64,000 nucleotides of DNA from Bacteroidota bacterium (GTDB lineage: Bacteria; Bacteroidota; Bacteroidia; AKYH767-A; OLB10), in assembly GCA_016714535.1 (NCBI GenBank), contig JADKDR010000006.1, positions 264,514-328,513 of the forward strand. The letters run 5' to 3'. The notes under the pieces are model-generated. The model ran no database searches. It was given only the letters and a program-made list of their open reading frames with translations, and was not told where the DNA came from. Shown one piece after another: positions 39,901 to 49,763 of this stretch (within the stretch, counting starts at the first letter, position 1; each line of letters begins with the position of its first letter). A program made the position numbers and the translations under genes.

Positions 39901-39977
39901 GTAATATTCTTTTGCTGACTTGAAGAAGCATTGGAAACCAACATGAAAAGCAATAATGATAAAATCTTCTTTCTCAT
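36912..39977 (-). CDS. Sensor histidine kinase with periplasmic beta-propeller (two-component regulator propeller / Y_Y_Y) repeats and a HisKA_3-type kinase core
   Basis: Signal peptide, ~750 aa of propeller repeats, one TM (WWFYSLLLIVISTSVYVLY), H-box LHDDIGSTLGSIHLYSQIA and an HATPase domain. Confidence 0.8.
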   Translation of the reverse strand: MRKKILSLLLFMLVSNASSSQQKNITLRRITSQQGLSDNQVTCTIRDKQGFMWIGTKDGLNRYDGQDFYVFKHNEKDINSLCGNIISCLEIDNDSLLWIGSASSGMCSYDFRTGKFKTYNKSNSELNVNNINDITFDKNRNCLWIAQNNAGLQLFDLKTKATDKNKKLISTNTYYDVLVNDTIPYFAGIIESLKRLGNIGKFRTQVSDTAMTINKIFLGSDNHLWCGAWDNGLHQFDLNGKRLATWFFDRSLKLKLSGDEILCLAEDENKVLWCGTKSSGIRFFDLKTKSFTNDIKFSNPVTSRINSLYRDNRNRIWIASETGLYVYDPLQNQFEITKLPVPPGTTSCKANDRIILKSGREFIVTQCGFFYRNSNDENYLHKDFYYRDERQELTSIFLDEKNIIYIGTNRSVFTLDTVTLELVFPKVSYAASKHQSFFMGGSRANSITQIRHHEHSLIAVSLYGNYIKLFDTQHKNAFINLKDTNVEGTFVDNLSRKIFSDSKNNIWVCGATHGINQVLIPQRISFDEFPFADSIVRVIHSESKTWNRPDTKNVKSVNNVFDMTENTDGSYWVTTQGQGLLKFFPENNSVTFVSYANEIKSLQGLAKDKNDNLWMVSSTGLLHYNVKGNRYKLFDMQSGISENISGYFFRNDNSTIQDEMSVGFDGGFISFYPSQIISNHEKPFVSISRLWIMDAPSDSLLFDQLKLNYNQNFLKFNVAANSFSDNGQTTCLYMLDGIDDTWRNNQTNPLITYTNLPHGNFTLNVKAVNSDGIESDVYELPFIITPPFYFTWWFYSLLLIVISTSVYVLYRYRIQQILKLQEVRNKIARDLHDDIGSTLGSIHLYSQIANAKLVGENSREIKSILEKIENSSVEIIDKTSDVVWAAKASNDTLQNLILRMEGYSASILGATGIQFNIEYDERITEMKLEMTERKNIFLIYKEAIHNIIKYANCTEVNISIKKNADKLYVSISDNGSGFISDELKSYNGNGIKNMKSRASEIKGSIEITSFPGKGTIIELTV

Positions 39978-40556
39978 TTTATTGTTAGCTTTTTGGTTGA
40001 ATTGTCACAAGCTGTGTTCAACAGATAAGTACAACTCTTACCTTGTTTTGTAAAGGTACTTCATTTGGAGATAAGTAACTAAATTTTCTTATAAGTCTAT
40101 TATCGATTTCGTTTTCAACTCTTTCGACTTCTCTTTTTTTGATTAAAGTGAAGTCTGTTATTTTTGAAATGAATTATCAAAAAACGCATTTCTATTTTTC
40201 CATAGTAGCATTATCTTGCAATGTGAATGGTCCGGTAAAATAAGTTATATTTTAAAGTGCTTCTGCTATTTTTTCTTGATGTGTAAATGCCTGGTCATTG
40301 TCTAATATCATGGTTTTGCTTTGTGTCTTATATTTGTTTTAGTTTGTGCGAGAGATGTAACATAGATTTTTGCACCTAAGCGTCTTTTTGGAAAGTTGCG
40401 CTTGAGTTATCTACATGCAGTGCTCTTGTGCTCACTGAGTGTAATAGAAATCTGTGTTTGTATTTCGCCAGCAATTATATAGGCTTCAATTTTGCACCTC
40501 CTATATTTTTTTATAAAAAAATTTACTCCTTCAGCAAAGAAGGCACATTATTAGAA

Positions 40557-41147
40557 CTACTTTTCCAACAACACAGTTTTCGTAAATACATTTTTCGAAT
40601 CTTTTGCCCTTAAAGTATAAATACCATTTGGCAAATGTGCCAGCGAAATCGAAAAAGTAAAATCGTGCGAAGTGATGTTTGATTGCTCCATTAATACTAC
40701 GCTGCCTTTGCTATCAATAATTTCGAAAGTGGCATTTCCGCTTAACACTGAATTTGAAATTTCTATGCTGATGACATCACTTGTTGGATTTGGTATTACA
40801 AATAATTCGTCACCTGTGTCCGTTACTCCAAACCTTGCAGTGCCAATTACTATAGAAGCATTGCGGCTGCACTTTTTGTTGTCCTTTACTGTTACTACAT
40901 AGGTGCCGGGTACAAGTCCTGTTGCTGTTTGTGTGGTTTTTATTGGCGATGTATTCCATGAATATCTGTAAGGACTAAAACCATTGCTGGGTGTGGCTGT
41001 TGCTGTTCCGTTGTTAAATAGAGGAGAAGTGGCTGGCGTGCCACTCATGGCGATTGCTATTTGAACCGGCTGTGTGAGCGTGTATGTTTGTGTTTTTGTG
41101 CATCCCGCAGCATCGGTTATGGTACATGTATAACTTCCTGCTTTCAA
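40557..41147 (-). pseudogene. Cargo gene 40557..42539, 3' segment: SprB repeats plus type-A CTD, downstream of an in-frame TAG
   Basis: Begins mid-repeat (…KAGSYTCTITDAAGCT…). CTD ends NGIYTLRAKDSKNVFTKTVLLEK. Same frame as 41193..41966. Confidence 0.6.
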
Positions 41148-41192
41148 GTTGGCAATGGAGTCGATAGTGGCACCTGTAGACCAAAGGAAAGA

Positions 41193-41966
41193 CTAGGGCG
41201 AAACACCGTTTGTTGGTGCTGCTTTACACACACCACTTTTTGCACCAAAGCAAGGCAGGTTTTTTTGTGTTGGGTTTGGACTTATGGCCACACTTGGGTT
41301 TATTATGGAGGTGGCAGTTATTGTGCAGCCATTGCCATCATTAACTATAACTGTATACGTGCCGGCAGCCAATGAACTAACATTTGCACTCGTGCTGCCA
41401 TTGTTCCAAAGGTAAGTATAAGGAGGTGTGGCGTTGCTGGCCAAAACATTTGCAGTTCCATTATTGAAGCCACATGTTGTATTCGTATTTGTAGTTGTTG
41501 CACTCAGCAACGTTGGCTGTGCAATATTTACATTACATGTTTTAGAGCATCCTGCATTATCGGTTATGGTAACTGTGTAAACCCCGGCAACCAAACCTGT
41601 TGCTGTGGGGGTGCTGCTGCTATTGGACCATAAATAGGCAAAAGGAGCAATGCCACTGGTTGTGCTTACACTTGCCTGGCCGCTATTGCCACCATTGCAC
41701 AATACGGCAGTTGTGGTTGCATTTGCTGTTACCGAATCTACTGTTACCATTACTGTGTCTTTCGCAATGACACCTGAGCGGGCATGAGTAACCGTAAGTA
41801 TATACGAAGTATTTACTGTTGGAGATGCCTGAGGATTGCTCATAGTACTCGATGATAAACCTCCGGCAGGCGACCAGCTAAAATTCAGATTTGAATTTGT
41901 TGACATACCAATAGCTGCAGTGTTTCCTTTGCAAATAAGTTTATCTGCACCGGCTGAGGCGGCCAC
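41193..41966 (-). pseudogene. Same cargo gene, middle segment with SprB repeats, ending at an in-frame TAG where a repeat Tyr is expected
   Basis: …PTNGVSP-TAG-SFLWSTGAT…; the repeat consensus is …G.SPYSFLW…, so TAC/TAT to TAG. The segment upstream of 41966 carries further frameshifts. Confidence 0.6.
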
Positions 41967-42053
41967 AGTTGCGTTTAAATTTACATTATCAATGTATAAA
42001 TTATTGCCAAAGCGACCACGATTACGAAATGCAATATTTACTCCGTTGCCTAT

Positions 42054-42539
42054 AAAACCATTGCCGGCTAATGAAGGTGATGTATCGTACCATCCCGTTA
42101 ATACTAAATTGCCCGGGCGGGTTACATCAACTATTGTAAATCCATCGCGATAATATGAGCTTACTGCATACTCATCTCTAATATATGTGTTGTGAATGAT
42201 TGATCCTGAAGCCGGATTCTGAGATTGTATTTTGTCAAGTAATTGAACGTTGTTGGGTCCGAAACATTATATGCAGCAAGGTATGAGTTGCTTACTTCGT
42301 CAGTTGTAAAACTACATTCTGTGACCCATTGAGCCAGGTGTTATGACAAAAAGCATTGGGTGTAGTTTGTTTGTTTGCAGCACACTGTAACTACCCTCGC
42401 TAAGGGATCCGCCATTGGTTCGTGTCCACAAGATTGCACCATCAGCATCTAGCCGCACTAAAAAGAAATCTGCAAATCCGTTACCATTGCTTTTGGTATA
42501 ACCGGCTATAATAAACCCTCTATCAGCTGTTGCATTTAT
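42054..42539. repeat. Copy 1 of a ~487-bp near-identical segment shared with 54564..55050
   Basis: Direct comparison of the two stretches: a handful of substitutions and two 1-bp homopolymer-length differences. Homology stops exactly at the IS1380 left end. Confidence 0.8.
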
Positions 42540-42560
42540 CCGCAAATAGACAATCCACAT
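42312..42560 (-). pseudogene. Same cargo gene, N-proximal beta-propeller-repeat fragment, cut off at its 5' side by the IS1380 element
   Basis: …INATADRGFIIAGYTKSNGNGFADFFLVRLDADGAILWTRTNGGSLSEGSY…, an SBBP-like beta-propeller repeat. This Met-initiated ORF runs into the IS left inverted repeat. Confidence 0.5.
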
Positions 42561-43972
42561 GTTAAAAACTTTGCATATTCTTTATTGACAATACACCTAA
42601 GGATTTTGACCTTGTAACCAAAACTTACAAATAATATGTGTTATAAAATTGAATATTCTGATGATAAAGTAAGTGCATGGGGAGGTTTTTCGTTAATGAA
42701 AAAATTCAATGATAAAATTGGTTTGAAAAGCGTTTTGCAAAATCTACACATTCCCGAAAGCAAGAGTAATAACAGGTTTGAGAATGAGGAAATCATTGAA
42801 AGTTTCCTATTGTCAGTATGGTTAGGCTGTTACAAATTTTCACACACACATGTGTTAAGATTAGATGATACGCTAAAAAAAATATTTGGATGGAAACAAA
42901 TACCAAGCGATACAACCTACAAACGATTTTTTCAAAAGTTTAATCAAGGCATAAATAATGAGGTGTTTCCAACATTGCAAGAATGGTTTTTTAATCAATT
43001 GCAGTTTGATAATTACGCATTAGACTTGGACTCTACCGTTATTACTCGGTATGGTGATTTGCAAGAAGGCAATCATAAGGGCTATAATCCAACCAAAAGA
43101 GGTAGAGCCTCTCATCATCCATTATTTGCTTTTTTAGGCAACGAGCGCATGGTTGTAAACAGTTGGCTTAGAAGTGGCGATACCTCAAGCGCACATCAGT
43201 GTAATGAGTTTTTAAACGAAACATTATCCATACTCAAAAACAAAACAATTGGTTTGCTACGTGCCGATTCTGGTTTTGCAAGCGATTTAATTTTTAGACA
43301 TTTAGAGCAAGAACAAATTCCATACGTGATAGCGGGGAGAATGCATTATCCATTACAAGATAAGATAAAGCAACAAAAAACCTGGACAGCTATCGGATTA
43401 GGAATTTGGATTAGCGAAACAAGGTATAAGGCATCAAAATGGGAATCAGAACGTAGGGTTATTGTTATAAGACAAAGCGTTGATTTAAGGCCCAAAGCAA
43501 CAGGTAAAAAACTAAAGCTGTTTGATGATAAGGAATATTATGAGCAATACCGGTATCATACTTTTTATACAAATCAAACGCTACCTGCAACACAAATTTG
43601 GGAACAATACAAAGGAAGGGGCGATTGCGAAAATAGGATTAAAGAACTTAAATATGATTTTGCATTAGAAGGTTTTAATATGAAAGATTTTTTTGCAACA
43701 GAAGCAGCATTGCGTATGGTAAACTTAGCTTACAATATCATAAGTTTGTTCAGACAGGTTAGCTCCGAAAAGCCAAATCATCAACGATTACAGACATTAA
43801 GACTCAACTGCTATGCAGTTGGAGCTTGGATGACAAAAAAAGGAAATAGTAGGATATTGAAATTGGCTGTTCCAATAAAAAAACGAAAATGGATGGATGG
43901 AATTTTTGGCAAAGTGGATAGTTGCTCTTTCCCTTTATCATTAATAACTTAAATCCTACTGTCTATTTGCGG
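42540..43972 (+). mobile_element. IS1380-family insertion sequence (~1.43 kb)
   Basis: Inverted repeats CCGCAAATAGACA (42540-42552) and TGTCTATTTGCGG (43960-43972) bracket one transposase ORF. The flanks are ATTTAT and ATAAAT, inverse of each other rather than direct, so there is no target-site duplication. Confidence 0.7.
42636..43952 (+). CDS. IS1380-family DDE transposase (438 aa)
   Basis: …HKGYNPTKRGRASHHPLFAFLGNERMVVNSWLRSGDTSSAHQ… matches the conserved GYNPKK…FAF…RSGNT region of IS1380/ISEcp1-type transposases. Confidence 0.7.
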   Translation: MCYKIEYSDDKVSAWGGFSLMKKFNDKIGLKSVLQNLHIPESKSNNRFENEEIIESFLLSVWLGCYKFSHTHVLRLDDTLKKIFGWKQIPSDTTYKRFFQKFNQGINNEVFPTLQEWFFNQLQFDNYALDLDSTVITRYGDLQEGNHKGYNPTKRGRASHHPLFAFLGNERMVVNSWLRSGDTSSAHQCNEFLNETLSILKNKTIGLLRADSGFASDLIFRHLEQEQIPYVIAGRMHYPLQDKIKQQKTWTAIGLGIWISETRYKASKWESERRVIVIRQSVDLRPKATGKKLKLFDDKEYYEQYRYHTFYTNQTLPATQIWEQYKGRGDCENRIKELKYDFALEGFNMKDFFATEAALRMVNLAYNIISLFRQVSSEKPNHQRLQTLRLNCYAVGAWMTKKGNSRILKLAVPIKKRKWMDGIFGKVDSCSFPLSLIT

Positions 43973-44133
43973 ATAAATATCTTTTTTAGGGCGGCAACAC
44001 TTTAGAGCCGGTTTCGATAATATTGCTTATTACAATACGACAAGAATTAGTCAATTATTTTAAAAACTAACGGAGATTTAAACCATCGTCATAATATTTT
44101 AAACTAACGTAACTTAAATGGCCTGTTAAATGC

Positions 44134-44162
44134 AAAAAGCCGGAAGAGTAAAACTCTTCCGA
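44134..44162 (-). terminator. Rho-independent terminator of the 44199..47690 gene
   Basis: Minus strand: CGGAAGAG-ttttac-CTCTTCCG followed by a T-run. Confidence 0.6.
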
Positions 44163-44198
44163 CTTTGCTTTGGTTGTAATACTAATTTGTAGGGCAGG

Positions 44199-47100
44199 CT
44201 ATTGCTTTACAAATTTGCTGGCATGAACTTCCTTATCGAGCTGTGTTGCTTTGATGATGTACATGCCAGTTTGAAGGCTGCTCACATCAATTACAACTTC
44301 TTTTGAACCTGTAGCAGAAGTAGTTTGCAACAAGCGACCATCAAGAGCATAGATGCTGAACTGCGTGGTCATGCCTTCGTCAACATCGTTTATAGTCACC
44401 GTTAAGCGACCTTGAGTTACTGGGTTGGGGTGGGTAGTCATAAAATTGGATTTGATTATTTCACCTGTTAATCTCATTGGGCCGCATGGAGTATTAGAAG
44501 AATAGCTATCTCCGGTTCCGCACGAAACCGTTTGATTACATTCTGCTGCCCAGGCAATTCCAATGAAAATATCATCACACGAAAACGTTGGTAGAGTAAT
44601 ATCAAAAACCTGGGAGGTTTGATTTAGGTATAAAGGAGATGGTAATATAATCGTTTGGCTGTAAGGTGCAGCACACATACCACCCTGTAAGTGAAAACTA
44701 CCAACACATGGAAGGAAGGTGTTTTTAACAGCAAATGTAAAATGACGCTCAAATGTAATGGGACCTGTTTGTACACAAGTAATTTGTGGGTTCACAAAAT
44801 CAATACAACCATTTGGACAATCGGGAAGATTAATGCAATGTGAACTTCCGTTTGCACAACTTGTTTGATTGTCACTTGCACCAAGCCCAAGGCAAATATA
44901 TTGACCTCCAAATGCAGGCATCCATTGATTAGTAAATCCACACAGAGGTTGATTAGGAGCCAAGCCAGGTAGCGGTAGTGTGTAGGTTACTATATTACCT
45001 GTTTGACTTACGGTAACACCGGGAGGTAATGAAGGAAAACTTATTAAAGAATTTGTCCCCACATTCATATGAAATAATGTAATATTCGAACTCCTCTTAT
45101 TGACAAGACAAAAAGAATGTGTTGGTGCACCACCTGGACCACAACTGAATGATTCATTGGTTAATTCTACACATTCATTACACCCTGATGGTGTAATGTT
45201 TACAACTGCACTGTTTGAACAAAATACTGAACTATTAGAACCCCCTACCCGATGTGCACGTAGGCAAATATCATTAATGGCAGTAAGTCCATTTGTTGCA
45301 CCTGATGGAACAAGCGCGTCAATAAAAACTTCCATGCTTGCACCCGGTGCAAGTTGATTAGCTCCCGAAGTCATCGACATCGATAGCATGTTTGTAAAAG
45401 TTCCGCTGGCTGCACAAGGTGTACCATTACAAATAATTTGGTTGCAGCCATCTGAGGTATATAAATCAGGTCCGACAAAATCCACACCACTTGCAGCGGT
45501 ATATGCCAAATGCGAAGTGCTGTTGCGCGCTACAGGTATACAACTAGAAGTAATATCTCCCGGACGCGGGCGCGTATTGAACAAGCGTATATCGTCAACT
45601 GTAACATTGCCATTGTTGGTAAGGGTCAATCGGTACTGAACTGGCGATCCGGCTGAGGCATCTGTTGTTGTGCTAAAATTCCCGCCATTGGTGCATCGAA
45701 CTTCGAGCATTGCCGTTAGCAGAAGGCTTTCGTTTACTTCTATATTTACAACATTTGAAACTTTCGGTACAGTATAATTTGTTCCTGTAAAATTAAAAGT
45801 ATTTTGAACGGTAGTGGATGCTGTGAAAGGTCTAACTCTTGCCTGAAACTCAACAATAAATTTATTGGTTAAATCACAAGATGGCAAATTTGCATTGCTT
45901 ATTGTAATTGTTTGTCCATTAATATTTGATGCAACTGGGGAGCTACCTGGAAATGCAAAATTTGGCATAAAGGAGGAAGAGGTGGGACATATCTGATTCC
46001 CGTAATAATATGCTATTGATTGAGGTAGGATATCAAAAATATTACTCACTGCATCGGTTATCAAACCATTAGTTACATTGGCCGAACCGGTATTCCATGC
46101 ATTTAATCTAAACGTAACTATATCATTTGGCAATACCGATTGATAATAACTGCATGAGCCATTGTTTACAATCCATTTTTGAACTTTTACATTTGGTTTA
46201 CATGCAACAGGTTTTTTCGAAATTGTTGATGTCCTGGTTTCATTTGCATTATTTAGTATATAATTTACGGTAGCTGTATTTGAAACATTCACATTGACTT
46301 GCGCTGTACTATTTAAAGAAAAATCGAGACTATTGGTTATGGTTCCAAAGGCTGGGAATGTGGAGTATCTCCATTGTAGTTGCGTTATTCTACAGCCTGG
46401 TAAATTACAATTCATTACATTATTAGACTGAACAAAAATATGAAGCGGAACAGGTGATGGATATTGCACCAAGCCACTATTGGTTGTAGCATACCATAAC
46501 TCCACTGTTGCACCTGCTGGTGGCACAGGTGTCGTAATTTTTCTTACATCAACAGTAGCTGGAATATTATCGCTGATTACCACATTGCTGGTTGGTAAAT
46601 GGGTATTGGAAGCATTAAATTGAATATTGTATTGTGGGTTTTTACCTACTTGCCCTTCTTCATAGCATCCGCCCGGGCAATACTCAGTTCCTTGCAAAAG
46701 TGTTTTGCTTAATGTTGGCTGAGTAATAACCGCATCACAACATATACTAGTAAATTGAAAAGTTCTTTGAGTTGATTGCATGCATTTTCCAGCTTGACAG
46801 CAGTCTGTTCCACTTAGCCTTGCCCTTGTTACATAGTTTGTATTCAACTGAAATAAGCTACATGGAAATTGAACTTTAAAAGTTATCAGATGTGAAATTT
46901 CAGGTTGTAAATAATTTGGTACCGGTATATTGGCTGACCAACGTGTTACACCATTAGGGGCATTACCACAACCCGGACTCGTATTTGAAAAAGCAAGAGG
47001 CACCCCTTTATAAATCACTCCATGTACAATTGCACCTGTAGGCAGGTCAAGGTATATACGGGGATTTCGTAATCGAATTGCTCCCCTGTATGTTTGCGGA

Positions 47101-47690
47101 TGAGTTAGGTTTGTAGTGATATTAAAAATGCCTCCTAAGCACCGGCTTGCTGCCGCTGCAGGAGTACCTACGATCCATTGGTGGTATGCATTTATTTCAC
47201 GCTGTAAATTGTTTGAATTAAATGTGCCGCATCCGCCATTATTTCCAGTGAATGTGACTGATGACGAAAAAGTTATTTGATTTAAACCATAGCCCGGAAG
47301 TGGCCAACCTCCTTCACAAATTTCTCCCCACTTGGTGCGCAGGTTAAATTGAATATTGGCAACACTACCCGGAGTACCTGTAATAACTAATGTTGTAACA
47401 GAATTGTTTTGATTAAAAGATGTGTTTGGTGGAAAAATGCTACTCGTATTTCCTCCTTGAAAAAATGTGCCACCTTCTATTAAAACATTACTCCAATCAA
47501 TACATGAATTATTGCCGGTAAATGACAATGTTGTTTGCACCTGATTACAATTTAAGGGAAAAGTAAATGCCAGATCAACAATAAACGGGTCATCACTTAG
47601 CAATGGATTAGGGCCTTGAAATGTCAAGTTTTGCGTTCGTGATACGAATGAACATACCAAAAGCAGCAGGATTGAAAATAATTTTTTCAT
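44199..47690 (-). CDS. Large T9SS cargo protein (~1,160 aa) with a type-A CTD
   Basis: Signal peptide MKKLFSILLLLVCSFVSRTQN. CTD ends GMYIIKATQLDKEVHASKFVKQ. The start was moved to 47690 because the ORF-track extension 47691..47750 overlaps the conserved non-coding promoter cassette. Confidence 0.75.
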   Translation of the reverse strand: MKKLFSILLLLVCSFVSRTQNLTFQGPNPLLSDDPFIVDLAFTFPLNCNQVQTTLSFTGNNSCIDWSNVLIEGGTFFQGGNTSSIFPPNTSFNQNNSVTTLVITGTPGSVANIQFNLRTKWGEICEGGWPLPGYGLNQITFSSSVTFTGNNGGCGTFNSNNLQREINAYHQWIVGTPAAAASRCLGGIFNITTNLTHPQTYRGAIRLRNPRIYLDLPTGAIVHGVIYKGVPLAFSNTSPGCGNAPNGVTRWSANIPVPNYLQPEISHLITFKVQFPCSLFQLNTNYVTRARLSGTDCCQAGKCMQSTQRTFQFTSICCDAVITQPTLSKTLLQGTEYCPGGCYEEGQVGKNPQYNIQFNASNTHLPTSNVVISDNIPATVDVRKITTPVPPAGATVELWYATTNSGLVQYPSPVPLHIFVQSNNVMNCNLPGCRITQLQWRYSTFPAFGTITNSLDFSLNSTAQVNVNVSNTATVNYILNNANETRTSTISKKPVACKPNVKVQKWIVNNGSCSYYQSVLPNDIVTFRLNAWNTGSANVTNGLITDAVSNIFDILPQSIAYYYGNQICPTSSSFMPNFAFPGSSPVASNINGQTITISNANLPSCDLTNKFIVEFQARVRPFTASTTVQNTFNFTGTNYTVPKVSNVVNIEVNESLLLTAMLEVRCTNGGNFSTTTDASAGSPVQYRLTLTNNGNVTVDDIRLFNTRPRPGDITSSCIPVARNSTSHLAYTAASGVDFVGPDLYTSDGCNQIICNGTPCAASGTFTNMLSMSMTSGANQLAPGASMEVFIDALVPSGATNGLTAINDICLRAHRVGGSNSSVFCSNSAVVNITPSGCNECVELTNESFSCGPGGAPTHSFCLVNKRSSNITLFHMNVGTNSLISFPSLPPGVTVSQTGNIVTYTLPLPGLAPNQPLCGFTNQWMPAFGGQYICLGLGASDNQTSCANGSSHCINLPDCPNGCIDFVNPQITCVQTGPITFERHFTFAVKNTFLPCVGSFHLQGGMCAAPYSQTIILPSPLYLNQTSQVFDITLPTFSCDDIFIGIAWAAECNQTVSCGTGDSYSSNTPCGPMRLTGEIIKSNFMTTHPNPVTQGRLTVTINDVDEGMTTQFSIYALDGRLLQTTSATGSKEVVIDVSSLQTGMYIIKATQLDKEVHASKFVKQ

Positions 47691-47720
47691 AATAATATTG
47701 TTTAATTGATTTGATACCAA

Positions 47721-47806
47721 CAAACGTATATTGCTACCGTCAACCAACAAAGCAATATCATACCTGTGCTAATTTTATTTAAACTAACGTTGGTATTAAA
47801 CAATCG
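47721..47806 (-). promoter_or_regulatory. Copy A of a conserved ~90-bp upstream cassette holding a Bacteroidota sigma-A-type promoter and a CTAACG-containing motif
   Basis: In coding orientation: CGATTGTTTAATACCAACGTTAGTTTAAATAAAATTAGC.CAGGTATGATATTGCTTTG-N19-TACGTTTG, i.e. a -33 TTTG and a -7 TAnnTTTG. About 90% identical to 49764..49859. Confidence 0.55.
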
Positions 47807-47827
47807 ATTTCTAAGATAAATCATCAT

Positions 47828-47860
47828 AAAAAAAAGCCGGAAGAGAAATTTCTCTTCCGG
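47828..47860 (-). terminator. Rho-independent terminator after the orphan CTD fragment
   Basis: A-run followed by the perfect palindrome CCGGAAGAGAAATTTCTCTTCCGG. Confidence 0.6.
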
Positions 47861-47895
47861 TTTATTACTGCTCTTGACATATAGTGTTGAGAAAA

Positions 47896-48141
47896 CTATT
47901 CCTTTACAAATCTACCATTATGCACAACCTGATCCAATTGCATTGCTTTAATAATATACATACCTGCAGGTAATTTGCTAACATCAATGGCCTGTGCTTT
48001 TGTACCGGTTATTGTATTTGTTTGCAACAAGCGGCCATCAAGTGTATATATGCTTTGGTGCGTTACCATATCATCAGCTACATTACTAGTATTAAATTTT
48101 TGTATGCAATGAATGGTTTGGTTGGCTCGAATTTTAATCAT
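47896..48141 (-). pseudogene. Orphan T9SS CTD: an 81-aa fragment with no upstream cargo domain
   Basis: …IYTLDGRLLQTNTITGTKAQAIDVSKLPAGMYIIKAMQLDQVVHNGRFVKE, a close paralogue of the CTD of the 44199..47690 gene. The upstream region is non-coding. Confidence 0.6.
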
Positions 48142-48281
48142 GATTCTATTTATTTCTTAAAATCATTGGAATTTTCTGCAAACTCACCTTTTCCTTTATC
48201 GCTCATTTTAAAATTTCAAAACTCAACTTTTATAATAAGTATAAATAAGCATCTTTCCATTATAAATTTTAATAAAAAAGC

Positions 48282-48308
48282 AAAAAAGGCTGCTATAGAT
48301 GCAGCCTT
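48282..48308 (-). terminator. Rho-independent terminator of the 48332..49732 gene
   Basis: AAGGCTGC-tatagat-GCAGCCTT with a flanking A/T run. Confidence 0.6.
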
Positions 48309-48331
48309 TCCTTATAATAATAAGTAACAAT

Positions 48332-49732
48332 TTAGTTCCTGATAAATTTAGAAGTTTCAATTACAATATTATTTTCAAGTACTTGTATTAAATAAATCCC
48401 CTTTGCAAAACTAGAGACATCAATTTTCTCTTCAGTGTTGCCCGCTACAGTTAATGATTGCAATAAACGACCATCAATTGAAGTAATTTGAACTTCATTC
48501 TTAGCATTTTCATCGCCTGACAAGACCGCAATATTCAAGAAATTTTCTGAAACGGGATTCGGATAAATGCTTAATATACCGGAGGTTGATTCATCTATGC
48601 TTCCTAAGCGAGGGTTGCAAGTGGTAAATGAATTGTAACAAGCTTTAGTTGAAAAACTACTAGTACAAGTTGGATAAATCGCTCTTACTTTCCAGGAAAA
48701 ACATTTATTGAGGAAGAAATTTGTAATTGTCCAATTATTTGTTGACACATTAATCGTATAAGTATTAGCATTGGTTAAAGTAGGGCAACAATCTCCATCA
48801 TTAGTTCTAATTTGAATTTGATAACTTGTAGCACCCTGCATTGCATTCCACGTTAATATTTTATTTCCACCTTGATTTAATCCGCATGTTAAAAAGGTAG
48901 GCGGTGCACATGTTGGTAATACACAATTAGGCAACGGCCCACAAAAGCTACATGGTGCAGCTGCACCGCCACCAGGGTTCTGAAAACATTCTTGTTGTCC
49001 ATAGCATACTTTGCCACAAGCAGACTCCAATACCCGAATTACCAAATAACACTTTCCAACCTGAACAGGAAATAAGAAATCATCAGCATGATTACTGCTA
49101 TCTAAAAATGTATAATAATTATTTATTTGATTATATTCATAAATTATCCAAGTTTGGTGAATTTCCAAATTTCCATATTTATTATGACCACTTGGAAACA
49201 AGTTGTTGACAAAACCATTTCCTACAATAAATAGCGCAAACGCACCATTTAATGAATTACATGGAGTTGAATTCTTAATGCAAACAAGATCAAAAGCCTG
49301 AAAACTCTCTTCATAGGGATCACAGGCATTGGAAACTGCCAATCGTACTTTGTAATTTCTACTATGCGATAATTTATAATTTGGCTGAGTTGCCAATAAA
49401 AATTGTGACAAGTTTATAGAGAAGACTTGTCCATTATTCCATGCAATACTGTTCATATTATATCCATTAATAGTTCCCCATACGAAAGGCGCAAAAGGAC
49501 CGTCAGCATCTTCTCGTTCTTGAATGGCAATTTGAAAGCTCGTCTCGAATTGACTTCCACCACCAATTAAGTATATGTCTTCCCCTAAACAAAACTCAGT
49601 CATTGGTTGCCCATACTGGGAATTGCTCAAATAGAAACTGCTTATCGGTGGATCACATTGGCCAAAGGATTTTTCAAAAATACTAACGCTAATTAGCATT
49701 GAATAAAATAATACATAAAATAATTTTTTCAT
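48332..49732 (-). CDS. Cys-rich T9SS cargo protein (466 aa) with a type-A CTD
   Basis: Signal peptide MKKLFYVLFYSMLISVSIF. CTD ends GIYLIQVLENNIVIETSKFIRN. Confidence 0.75.
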   Translation of the reverse strand: MKKLFYVLFYSMLISVSIFEKSFGQCDPPISSFYLSNSQYGQPMTEFCLGEDIYLIGGGSQFETSFQIAIQEREDADGPFAPFVWGTINGYNMNSIAWNNGQVFSINLSQFLLATQPNYKLSHSRNYKVRLAVSNACDPYEESFQAFDLVCIKNSTPCNSLNGAFALFIVGNGFVNNLFPSGHNKYGNLEIHQTWIIYEYNQINNYYTFLDSSNHADDFLFPVQVGKCYLVIRVLESACGKVCYGQQECFQNPGGGAAAPCSFCGPLPNCVLPTCAPPTFLTCGLNQGGNKILTWNAMQGATSYQIQIRTNDGDCCPTLTNANTYTINVSTNNWTITNFFLNKCFSWKVRAIYPTCTSSFSTKACYNSFTTCNPRLGSIDESTSGILSIYPNPVSENFLNIAVLSGDENAKNEVQITSIDGRLLQSLTVAGNTEEKIDVSSFAKGIYLIQVLENNIVIETSKFIRN

Positions 49733-49763
49733 AATTTAATTTTTTTAATTGTTTAACATGGGA

